From: Bigelowiella natans CCMP2755
Lineage: Eukaryota; Protista; Cercozoa
Assembly: GCA_000320545.1 (NCBI GenBank)
Contig: ADNK01002829.1
Coordinates: 1-64,000 of the forward strand
Direction of reading: 5' to 3'
Length of the DNA: 64,000 nt
Below the pieces are notes generated by a model. That model searched no databases. It saw only the letters and a list, made by a program, of their open reading frames with translations, and was not told the DNA's origin. Each line of letters opens with the position of its first letter. The first letter of the stretch is position 1. Position numbers and translations under genes: made by a program. Of this stretch, positions 53,447 to 64,000 are shown in pieces.

Positions 53447-54331
53447 ACTCTCACTCACTCTCTCACTCTCACTCACTCTCTCTTTCGTATCCTTGATAAT
53501 GATATAGGTTGATTTCTACGCAAAGCAACTTTTTGGGCCTACCGAACGCCGCGCTATACCGGTTGATTTATTTTGCTCAGTCCACTGTTTTGTTTTGGGT
53601 TATTTGCATCATCATCATCATCATCATTATCACTTCATCTTGCATAATTTCTTCCTTTTCGCTAATATCAGAGTATTTCGTATTCAATAATATATTCTCT
53701 TATCACCATTCCCTTGATAGTTACAATTAGGGTTAGATTTGTTGACTGTATTGAGATACAAATATAGAATAGATGGTAAAGATGATTTTTTCACTAGTAA
53801 GCATGTGGATGTTAGTTATACTCATAATGCCACACACACACACACACACACTATTATTTTACAGAAAGAAGTATCACAGTCCGGCAGAGAACTTATAAAG
53901 CAAGGTCTGCTAAAATCTACTTAATGATAAAGAAGCGAGATCTCCTGCGTTGTAACTGGATTTAAGAATTGTATGTCGCACTCAAAATGCAATATCCATG
54001 ATAATTGGTGTTTGTTCAGAGTGTTTCAATGCACTCTCGAGATATCGTGGTACCGTGGAATCTGACCGCCTCATGCTAGAGGAGCAAGAAGTACTCTATA
54101 ATTTTCGTAATTTCACATTCCATCTAAAATCTAAACTGGTTCCATTTTTTTTAGGTAATATCTCAAAAGTCCATTATGTCACAAGACAAACGACCGGCAG
54201 CTGCTGCTGCCGTACGTCTACGTGAAAGGGCAATATTGAGGAAAACTCGCGATGTTATTGATAAAACAGGAAATGTCGTACTTGATCTTCTAAGACGGAA
54301 TCCATTTCAAGATTTGTTCAATCAGTATTAA
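47978..54331 (+). CDS. Rubisco-LSMT-like SET-domain lysine methyltransferase with putative bipartite (signal + transit) plastid leader; many short exons
   Basis: Exons read LVRWLQERG, GWGLVAKKPLRAGDIAINIPEELLIT, YAPYIKSLP, WAFSLLFSR, LALIPWADMLNHQP, VFVSYGPRSSGDLLLTYGFV and VRLRERAIL. The N-terminus MHWRNGSFMSFLLLLASAIVGLSIF is hydrophobic and is followed by a basic Ser/Arg-rich stretch. Confidence 0.88.
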
Positions 54332-54499
54332 TGATGACGCACATGTAGATAGCACTTCGCTCAACGTATCTACATTGTGTTCATGGTTATTTTAAGAAAA
54401 TATCCACGCAAAAAATTAAAATATACTAATAACTTCACATGCTCATCACTCTTTCACGTACAGCAAATACAATTTTTAGATTATGTTGTATGCATAGTA

Positions 54500-55010
54500 C
54501 GTGGCATCGTACACCATACACGGTTGCAGAGCATGCGCTAAAAGTCTCCGTGATTGTACGTGCAGCGATGCGCGTACGCTGACACATCGAAATGCGTTTC
54601 TAGCTAGTAATAAGATTAGCACAAACGATGAGGCAAAGGTGTGATGTAACTCAACACACACCATTTTGCAGACTACTTGACTAGCTAGCTTGCACAATAA
54701 TATATGTTTACGAGGCACCTTGTTAGTCCCATGCATGTTGCAGCCTAGATAGCCCTACTAGCCTACTAGTCTATAGCTACTAGCTAGGCCTTCTAGCATA
54801 GAGGGTATCGTAGTAGAAGCGCAATAGGCGCATATAACATATCGAGCCTCGCACACACAAGATCTAGACATTTAGTAGACGACACTCTAGCGCTAGCTAG
54901 CTAGATTGGGGTGAAATATTCACACATGCACAGTCGATGCGTCTGCAATGGCATGCAAGCAGCGATGAAGAGAGCACTTTGTGTCATTGCAACATTTGGT
55001 GTTTTGAAAG
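54500..55010. other. CTAG-dense, partly TpA-converted spacer between convergent genes
   Basis: Many CTAG/CTA/TAG motifs, e.g. gcctagatagccctactagcctactagtctatagctactagctagg (54743-54789) and ctagcgctagctagctag (54887-54904). Confidence 0.7.
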
Positions 55011-55103
55011 CAGAGCATTTTAGCGAGACAAACAGACTGTACGTTTGCAATCTCTCTCATCATATATCGAATTTGTGGGGAAAATTCACGTAACCAAGGT
55101 ATT

Positions 55104-56041
55104 TTATGAAGTTACGCCCTCTTTATCTCCACCACCACTAGTTTCATTCTTCTTCTCCGAAACATTTTCTAGCTCAGCTATTTCACCTGTAAGAAAATGA
55201 TAGTGCAAATTTTGAGTTGGTTTAGAAACTGTGCTACACAAATTCTGATTACTGACTCAAGCTATCCGTAAGTGCGTCTTTAACGATGAAAGTATAACTC
55301 CCAACTTGGTTCTCAGGTACAGATCGATAGCACAAGAGTAATCCGCACTGAAAATAGTACTTGACCATCAGCAACAGTCCAATCGTTTCACATTGAAAGC
55401 AGCATCGGTAGTTCAAACATGTAGTACTGCAACTATTACCTGCTTACAAAAAAATCTATATTGCCTCTCGATTCCACCAGCTTTTCGCTTTATCAGTTTT
55501 GCTTGTCCAGCGATCATGTTTTTCTTGCATACCCGTTTCTTTTCATTCACAACCTTATTCGCACATTAGATACACGGTGCATCAATGACAATGCACTTCT
55601 GAAAATCAAACGACCTATCATCTCCTTACTACGAGTTGCTTGCTCATAGTAATAAATGTTTTGTAAATTATACCGCAATAGATATGACTAATGATTCACC
55701 AAAAAACGATGACGACGACGATGACAACGACGCACCCTTGATTTGTCGGATTTTCGAATTGGCAATTTATTGAGTAAAACATCCAAAATCATTGAGTATT
55801 GACCGCAGTGCTTGCAATAACATACCTGCAACCAAAAGCTGTACGTAAGAAACAAGAATCTAATGCAGTCTAACAGGTCGTAGTACCTTCAAACCATCGT
55901 CTTTTATATTGCTCTCTTCAGATGAATAATTCTTCTCCCATTTTCTTACGACTCTTTCGGCTTGGGCACTGCAAAATTACCATAAAGAAAGACAAACTTC
56001 ATAAATTCTTGCCACACATTCTGTTCCAACACACCAAGATA

Positions 56042-56079
<38 letters not shown>

Positions 56080-56504
56080 CCTTGCCCCATTCTCTAATGC
56101 ATTACACCTCTTGTGTGAACGTTAACCCACTCCTCTTCTGTCCGCAAACACTCACCGTTGGCGAAGCTCTTCCTGTTCCTTGCGGCTGAGAGATTCATTC
56201 CTTTGTTCCTCCGCTTTTTTTTGCACTTGAGCTTTGTGCTCGGCTAGAGTCTTGATTTTCTTGCCGGTCTTCTCGATCATAGCTTTTACCTGGTAGTACC
56301 GAAAGGACGATCATTTCGTATTACTCTTAAAGGAATATATCTTCCAACCTCCTCCGTTAGCTTTTCACGCTCACTCTTTGGTCGCGGAGGAGAGTCAACA
56401 TCGTCCTTCTGGATCTACGCAACAACGTGGTTTGAAAGTCAATTTGTAACAGCATCACAACAACTCACATATACCTCATCGAGTATGCTTCCAGTTGCTT
56501 CCAT
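55104..56504 (-). CDS. STEEP1/CXorf56 (UPF0428)-like protein, multi-exon
   Basis: Exons read VCYCKHCGQYSMILDVLLNKLPIRKSDKSR, VIDA, LIKRKAGGIERQYRF and CGLLLCYRS. These match the family pattern YCxCG..LILD..L.KLP.R..D..RVID...GIERQYR..C..CGL. Confidence 0.72.
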
Positions 56505-56623
56505 TGCTCAGATTTTACAATGCAGCTCTCTATTCTCGTTCGTTGACTGGAGTAAGAGCAAGGGGTTAGTTATCCTGACGCAACTTGTGTTCGTCGTCCT
56601 CCGTTGTCTTGTGAGTGCCCTTC

Positions 56624-56657
<34 letters not shown>

Positions 56658-56710
56658 TTTGATGTGCAATCTAGACAAGAAATATACCCGGATATATCCT
56701 ATACTATTAT

Positions 56711-57220
56711 TTGAATTGTCTTTCCAAAATGTTTAGCTGTTGTTTTAACCTTCAATTGCACTGTATGGTTGATTTAAAGAACATCAAGGGGCACGAATAC
56801 TTCACACAGAAAAACTTCCAAGATTGTGAATTCAAAGTCGATACCTACTACGAGCCTAGTTGGCGCAACCTGGAAAGCATAGATTCACTGTTCATATCTG
56901 GGAAAATTTTGTATCTCATTCAAATAACATTTTCCCTAAGACATCCTGTTAAAACTGCTGGAATCGGGGCAGTGTGGAAGGCGGCCAAAGAGAGATATTC
57001 GGATTTGGAAGGGTACGTTCTCATTTTTGTTCTCCCAGAGGGAAGTTCGCGTGGAGGCAAAGACTACGTCAAAGATTTTGCCTACCAATCCTATGTAAAA
57101 TCCAATGGGAAAGTTGTAGAACATGGAAAAGTTGATGGTTTTCCCCAGCTGAAATCGGAGCTCGGCCAGTACCCATTTGTCCTTCCAGGTGTTCTGGAAC
57201 TAGAGGAAAAGGAGACTTAA
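56711..57220 (+). pseudogene. C-terminal restriction-endonuclease-like domain of Crinkler/RHS (retrotransposon hot spot)-type proteins; 5'-truncated
   Basis: Motif YYEPSWRNLESIDS...LYLIQIT...HPVK..G...VLIFVLP. No upstream NTPase or header domain is visible. Confidence 0.6.
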
Positions 57221-57221
57221 T

Positions 57222-59100
57222 TCCATGATGCACGAGAAATTCTGCTGTGTGGGTGATGACGCAATGCTTTGCTGCAGATTTTTGCTGTGTTGTTTTCAAC
57301 AAAGATGTGACAGATTGTTTTCACAAAACACATGGGATGTGCCTGTGATTTTGCCATGTCATTCTAGCAATTCACTTCAGCAGCAGGTCGTCAGCAGGCA
57401 AAGCTTTCATGTTGCGCATTTTCGCACATTTTGCTACTGATTGCTGATGGAAAATCAAACGTGGGGCACTTGACATGTCATGCTCGTGCGATTTTGCGAT
57501 GTCATTCTAGCAATTCAGTTCAGCAGTGGGTCGTCAGTGGGTGAATTTCTGAAATGAAAGTTTTGTGTCGTTCCCCCACTGACGGCAGATGGGAAATGAA
57601 ATGTGAGGCATGGTGTGGTGGTCTGCTGCGCAAACATCGTGAAGTGTTTTGGGAACACGATCATCATCAAATTCAATTCAATTCATGCAATTCAATTCAC
57701 ACAAACAGCGCCCCTCGACCTCAGCACACGCAGGTTGCACCGGCAAGTGTCTCGTTCTCGATGTGCGTGCTCCCTGCACGTGCCTTTTTGCATTGACGGT
57801 GTCTCAGCGCTGCAGTTCGTCGTGCACAGCTCACCATGGCAACTCGCACACAGCTCGTGCTGCAGGCCTGTCAGCCTCGTCTTTCGTCCGCCGGGTCGTC
57901 GCAGCCTGTCCAGCTGTGGCCGTCGCGCTTGGCGCAAAACTTCCAACCCTTGGCCCGGCTAGCCGGTTCAGGTTCAGGCGAAACACTTGAGACTTGTCCC
58001 AAAGCAGAGATTGCGCAGCTGTCATTTCCCTTCCCAATCCAGGTGTGATGATGAACAAGACACGTGCAAGTGCCATTGCCGTGTCTGGGTGTCCTGGTGT
58101 GTGTTGTGCACGCGTGTGCACGTGTGTCAATCTGGCAATGTCCATGGCTCCGTGCAAGCTGTGTGTCGTGCGTGCAGTGCCAGTGCAATGCGCACGACCT
58201 TGCTAGCTTGGGATGCATCTGGGATCGGTGACGCGCTGCTGGGTGCACACCATGCCCCACACTTCATTTGCCCACCATCGACAGCAGTGCCTGAGTGGCA
58301 AAAATTCAGAAAATGCGCACCGTGAAGCATTTGCCCATTGACGACCCACTGCTGAACTGAATTGCTAGAATGACATGGCAAAAATCATGGGCACAGCACG
58401 TGTTTTTCATCAAAATGATCAGCCATGACTGTTGGCTAGTTAGGTGCACATCGCGACTCAAAGAGAGGCAAAAGAGAAAGAATCCTGGTGCAGAAACGAC
58501 AAAATTGTGGGCAGCTAGGCGGAGAGCTGTCAACGCGATGTCATTTCAACAACAAGCAAGATCATTTTGTTGAAAGACGTGTGCTGTGCCCATGATTTTG
58601 CCATGCCATTCGCTAGCAATTCAGTTGCAGCAGCAGGTCTAGAGGTCGTCAGTGGGCAAATGCTTCACGTTGCACATTTTCGCAATTTTTGCCACTGCCG
58701 ATGGTAGACAAGCTAGCAAGCTAGGGAAATCCATGGAAATGAAATGTGGGGCATGGTTTGCACCCAGTGGTGTAGCGCGCGATCCTAGGTGCATCGCTAG
58801 CTAAGTCGTCTGCATTGCACCAGCACAACAACAGACACGTGCAGTGATGCCATGTGCATGTTCATCATCAGCACTGCGCACGCACGACCACATGCAGCTC
58901 TGCTAGTCTGGAGCAAGACAGACACACACACGTGTGCACAACACACACGACTGAACGATGTGACATGCCAGCATGCACGATGACGTGCGCAATCATTAAT
59001 CGTTGTCGCAGTGTGCAATCAGTCGCTCGCGCAAGCCTGTGGCTGTGAACGTGCATGTGACCTTCAGTTTTTTTCTCTTGTGTCTGTAGGATCAACATCT
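57222..59100. repeat. TpA-depleted block with a ~100-230-bp repeat in three direct copies (~57335, ~57490, ~58578) and one inverted copy (~58185-58407)
   Basis: Shared core atttt gccatgtcattctagcaattca(g/c)ttcagcag..ggtcgtca. The reverse complement of 58185-58407 aligns with 58578-58820. Confidence 0.85.
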
Positions 59101-59131
59101 AGACAACGCTAACGAGATTACAAAACAATTC

Positions 59132-60322
59132 TCATGATGTAATTCCGCCACTGGAGAACTCCAAGGGCTGCGAAAAAAAGAAGGAAACGTCAAATCCATA
59201 ACATAATTCGAAAACTCACTTATACTGTTATACCATTCTCAAACGTGGCACTGGGCTCAATTCCCACGTGGATGGCAACAACCCCATGTAACTGGAAAAC
59301 AACATTCATCCAGCCAAAACTTCAATGATGAGCGATGTGGACAGTGGTCAGTAGATAGGACGATCTTATTTCTTGCTGATTGAACATCCATCTAAAACGA
59401 TACCACCTCAGTTTCCAGCACACGAGTGCAAATCCGCCAAGATTGAGGGCAATGTATATCAATTTCGGCATCACAAGATCCACACCCCGGTCTTCGTATC
59501 GCTCGAAAACTATTGTAACAACGTTCCAATTCAGGTTCGCAAGGGCAATGGTCGACCGGCGTGTTATCATCAGAGATAACAACACCGAATTAATCACATT
59601 TCGGGGCTTATTTTCACCATGACTATCACTATATTTCCGCAAAGGAAGTCACCGCCATAGCCTACTATTACTTATTTGAGGTTGTTAATAATTGTTGTTT
59701 CAATACCCTTTCCAGTTTCCAACAATCCACGGATTGGTGTCCACATGGCCATACCAAGCATCATGATGCTAAAGATCTAAAGAACGCCATGAAGGACCAC
59801 GACAACAGCAAAATAACCCTATATTTTTACCTCTTCACCAAAGATTAAAAAAATGCTGTGTTCTATCTTAATTTTACGGTAACAATTGTGGCAGGTTTAA
59901 GGGGCGATGATTCCTTGGAATTGGTTCTTCAAAACTTAAGACCTCTTTTTTTGTAAGTTTTTGGATAAAAAATCACGATATTACAAATACTACCTGAAGG
60001 GTGTTACCAGACATAAACATCATTACGCCCGTCATTAAAATTTGTTTCATTGGGGAAGAAGCTGTTGCCATTGCACTCTAATTACAAAGTTGTTGAATAA
60101 GCCGCCTTCTTTAAAGAAGATCAAAATATTAGTTAATGCATGAAAATATTTTAATGGAGGAGATAATAAAAGGCAATATTTTTTCATTATGAATATCCAT
60201 TCAGATTAGTTGACTCCGAACTCGTTTGATTTTCTCATCCATGTGGATCCTTCGCACGTTAGAGTCATCCTAGATGAATACATATTACATCCACAAAGCC
60301 CCCCCCCCCCCGGGTGGCGACG

Positions 60323-60412
<90 letters not shown>

Positions 60413-60752
60413 AAAGAGAGAGTTTATGTGCGCTGTTGCGTATGTGTCGATGAGACTAAGCATAGAACATAGACCACTCTGGTTCAAAATGTAAAATATG
60501 AGTTTGCTCACTAAAATGTGTGGATTTTTTTCAAGCATATATTTGTATGTATCCAAATTCATGTTTTGCTGTCACTAAAAGTTGCTGACTCACCCCTGTG
60601 TTTCTAAAATCTCCGGCAAAGTAGCCCACCGGAGGTGAAACTTTATTTGTGCTCACAGTGTTACTTGATTCTTCCTCTAAAGCATAATTTCGTGTGAATT
60701 TCAATCTTGTTGCCGCTTTTGATTCATTGGAGTGACTTGCTCTGTTCTTCAT
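59132..60752 (-). CDS. EMC4: ER membrane protein complex subunit 4 (TMEM85/DUF1077), multi-exon
   Basis: Exons read SPPVGY, AMATASSPMKQILMTGVMMFMSGNTLQ|IFSIMMLGMAMWTPIRGL, KLIYIALNLGGFALVCWKL, MGLLPSTW and LEFSSGG. Confidence 0.85.
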
Positions 60753-61039
60753 ATTTGAATACTTCTCCTGCGCTGTGCAAAAGCTGGTTGCTGGATACAC
60801 GCGCTAGGAGGTAGATGCAGACGTACACTGCAAATATATTTTCCGAAGTGACGACTCCTATACAATTATGTCGCTAAATAGAATTAGAATGTTTTTGATC
60901 ATTGATAAAAAACATTTAGAATACAGGGACAAAATGACTAAGATTTCACAGCATACTAGTCGTACATTGTAAAAGGAAATCCTTGTAATTTTTTAATTTT
61001 GAAACTTAATATGTCGGCTCTGGAAATAATCGTGGACAG

Positions 61040-61117
61040 TTCTGGAAGTGGATCAATTTTAGGTGAAATGACCAATATTAGGATTTGTTGGGATTCTCGA
61101 AGCATTCGGGAGCGTTC
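61040..61117 (+). promoter_or_regulatory. Heat-shock-element-like nGAAn arrays upstream of HSP70
   Basis: TTCtgGAA (61040), TTCtcGAA (61094) and TTCggGAGcgTTC (61105-61117), about 400 bp upstream of the ATG. Confidence 0.4.
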
Positions 61118-61511
61118 TCTTCGGATTGCGAAAAGACTCGGACGCCGTACGTCAAATCGCAGAAAATCGAATTTCGAAGCAAATAACAGAAATCATGGAC
61201 AATATTACATTGTTTTTTTGGATTATTCATTAATCTCCGGTATTTTCAGTACATGCGTGAACTTGATTTCTGCCGCGTCACATCGTTGGCTTTTGACTAC
61301 GCCTACGGCATTCTTGAATGTATGCTATATTTTTTAAAAACAGAGTATTGAAATGTTTTTTACAAATTATTAAGGGGATTTTGTGACTATTCGGGATATT
61401 GTTGAACATTGAATCGCAAGATTAGACCTGATTCTACGGCAATCCTGCCACACAAGAAAACAACTCCGTGCCGCTCCCATTCACAAACACAATCCAAAAC
61501 TAGCGGACATC

Positions 61512-63561
61512 ATGTCTTCGAAACCCGCTGACCCAAAAACGTGAGTTTGTAATTTACATTCAACTTGAATAGATGATAAGAGACGACCCGCCTCTGACAC
61601 GTTATTTTTCTGAACATCTGTGATAATTTAGTGCCATCGGTATCGACCTTGGAACCACTTACTCCTGTGTTGGGGTGTGGAAGAACAATGGCGTTGACAT
61701 CATCGCGAACGACCAAGGTAGCCGTACGACTCCTTCCTACGTCGGATTTACCGACGAGGAGCGCCTCATTGGAGAAGGTGCAAAGAATCAAGCTGTTAGG
61801 AACCCTACGAACACAGTCTTCGATGCGAAGCGTCTCATCGGACGTAAGTTCACAGATGCAACGGTGCAAAGCGATATGAAACTTTGGCCGTTCAAGGTTG
61901 TTGCAGGTGATGGCGGAAAATGCCTCATCGAAGTCGAATACAAGGCTGAGAAGAAGCAGTTCACTGCTGAGCAGATCTCCTCCATGGTGCTCACCAAGAT
62001 GAAGCAAACTGCCGAAGATTACCTCGGAAAGACTATTTCTAAGGCTGTGGTTACTGTCCCTGCGTATTTTAACGACGCACAAAGGCAAGCAACGAAAGAT
62101 GCTGGAACTATCGCAGGTCTTGAGGTCCTCCGTATCATTAACGAGCCTACTGCGGCCGCCATTGCTTACGGTTTAGACAAGAAAAAAGCTTCTCAAGGCG
62201 AGAAAAATGTTCTCATTTTCGATCTTGGTGGAGGAACCTTTGATGTGTCCTTACTGACTATCGAAGATGGTATTTTCGAGGTCAAAGCAACAGCAGGAGA
62301 CACGCACCTTGGTGGTGAGGACTTCGATCATCGTATGGTCCAACACTTCATCAAAGAATTCAAGCGCAAAAATCGTGGTGCTGATCCAACATCGAGTATG
62401 AAGGCCATCCGTCGTCTCCGAACTGCGTGCGAGCGTGCAAAGAAGACTCTCTCATCGTCCACACGTGCAACACTTGAGATCGATTCTTTCTACGATGGAA
62501 TCGACTTTCATTCATCCTTGACAAGGGCTCGATTCAATGATCTTTGCGAAGATTACTTCCAGAACACTCTTATCCCTGTCGATAAGGTTCTTCGGGATGC
62601 TAAGATGTCCAAAAGCCAGGTCCATGACGTTGTCTTGGTAGGAGGATCGACCCGTATTCCTAGAATCCAAGAACTGATCGAAAAATACTTCAATGGAAGG
62701 AAGCCTTGCAGATCTATTAACCCTGATGAGGCAGTGGCACACGGAGCAGCCGTACAAGCAGCGATTCTCACTGGAAATACTAACGAGGATACAGAGAGTA
62801 TGTTGCTTATTGACGTAACTCCGCTTTCGCTCGGTATCGAAACTGCTGGAGGAGTTATGACCAAACTGATCCCCCGTAACTCTACCATCCCTTGCAAGAA
62901 GAACCAGGTCTTCTCCACATACGCAGACAACCAGCCTGGTGTTCTCATTCAAGTTTTCGAGGGTGAGCGCGCCAAGACAGCAGATAACAACCTTCTAGGT
63001 AAGTTCGAGCTGAGTGGTATTCCTCCAGCTCCTCGCGGAATCCCACAGATCAACGTCACCTTCGATCTCGACGCGAACAGCATTTTAAATGTGAAAGCTG
63101 AGGATAAATCAACTAACAAATCTTCTAAGATCACCATCACAAACGACAAGGGCCGTCTGTCTCAGGAGGAAATTGAAAAGATGATTAGCGACGCAGAGAA
63201 GTTCAAGGAGGAAGATGAAAAACATGCTAAAAAGGTTGCTGCAAAGAATGGTCTCGAGCAGATGGCATACGGTATTAAAAATACCCTGAGTGATTCGAAA
63301 ATGGAGGGAAAGATCAGTGCGGAAGATAAATCTAAGGTAGAAAAGGCTGTGAAAGAGACTCTTGAGTGGGTAGAAACCAATGAGAGCGCAGAAATAGATG
63401 AACTTGAGCACAAGAAGAAAGAACTTGAACAGGTTTGGAACCCGATCATGCAAAAAGTGTACCAGGCGGGTGGAGCTCCTGGAGCAGGCGGTCCTCCAGG
63501 TGCTGGAGGCGCAGCCCCTAAACCGGAAGAGAACATGGATGACCTCGACACCCTCGATTAA
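61512..63561 (+). CDS. HSP70: Cytosolic HSP70; intron 61541-61631
   Basis: [10 protein letters not shown]|[46 protein letters not shown], and a GGAP-rich tail ending DDLDTLD. Confidence 0.97.
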
Positions 63562-63689
63562 TTTATCTGTCTAATCGTAAAAGCACGAGCTGTTGTCATC
63601 TTCATGCAGATGTACTTTAAATCAAAATGTAAATGTTCATAAACGGTGAAAGCAACAAACCATTCTTACTCCACAGCGCATGAAATTGT

Positions 63690-64000
63690 ATTTTCAAACT
63701 GCGCTCAAATTTTCACGGCAATCAGAACGCTGGTTCAACTCGGCACATTGTGTCATTGGTTAGCACACCTGCTAGACTAGTAGATGCTAACTGCTCGTAC
63801 AGTCTCATTCGTGGCAGCTGGTCACACGTGCTACAGCATGCTAGCATGTCTAGAACATCGATCATCATGCATTTTGAATGTCGATGCAGGCTAGCACATG
63901 TCAGCAATCATTGCATGATCAATCCCAAAAGATGAGACACCACATCGAGAGAACGCCGCCAGACGAACGTGGCCGCGCTAGCGCGACCATCATTCACCGC
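63690..64000. other. Start of another TpA-depleted, CTAG-rich block downstream of HSP70
   Basis: Residual TAs are mostly CTAG/CTA/TAG (gctagactagtag, gctagcatgtctaga, ggctagc, gcgctagc). TGCA and CATG are abundant. Confidence 0.65.

Noticed and set aside
47978-54331. SET-domain gene as a BurB-like methionine S-methyltransferase forming a DMSP/gonyol cluster with the NRPS/PKS
   Set aside because: It has Rubisco-LSMT family motifs, a C-terminal substrate-binding region and a plastid-type leader. It lies 16 kb away behind housekeeping genes, with no evidence of clustering.
54740-54905. CTAG motifs as Helitron 3' ends
   Set aside because: The motifs are too dense and tandem. I saw no consistent upstream hairpin, A|T insertion site or RepHel coding sequence.
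61510-63551. Minus-strand ORFs of 66-192 aa overlapping HSP70
   Set aside because: These are the well-known antisense open frames of HSP70 genes, caused by codon bias.

Overview
Eukaryotic chromosome end, starting with (CCCTAA)n telomeric repeats. The genome is intron-rich and microsatellite-rich. A putative bipartite plastid-targeting leader suggests an alga with a secondary plastid, possibly a chlorarachniophyte (inference only). Genes in order: multi-RRM protein (-), PPR-like protein (-), peroxisomal thiolase (+), hypothetical ORF (-), TE-A-T-KS-AT-KR-ACP NRPS/PKS hybrid of BurA-like architecture (+), ankyrin exon array (+, decaying), DNA ligase I (-), glucosidase I/MOGS (+), EF-hand protein (-), Rubisco-LSMT-like SET methyltransferase (+), STEEP1/CXorf56-like (-), Crinkler/RHS-type nuclease fragment (+), EMC4 (-), cytosolic HSP70 (+). 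Two things stand out. (1) A regional, directional hypermutation converts TpA to TpG or CpA, the reverse of fungal RIP. It spares CTAG, forms gradients, and is confined to the subtelomere and to spacers downstream of gene 3' ends. A duplicated ankyrin block shows its direction (23 of 24 differences). (2) The BurA-like megasynthase has an Asp-less, Trp-rich adenylation pocket and is a candidate eukaryotic DMSP-to-gonyol synthase. Exon boundaries and counts were read by eye and are approximate.
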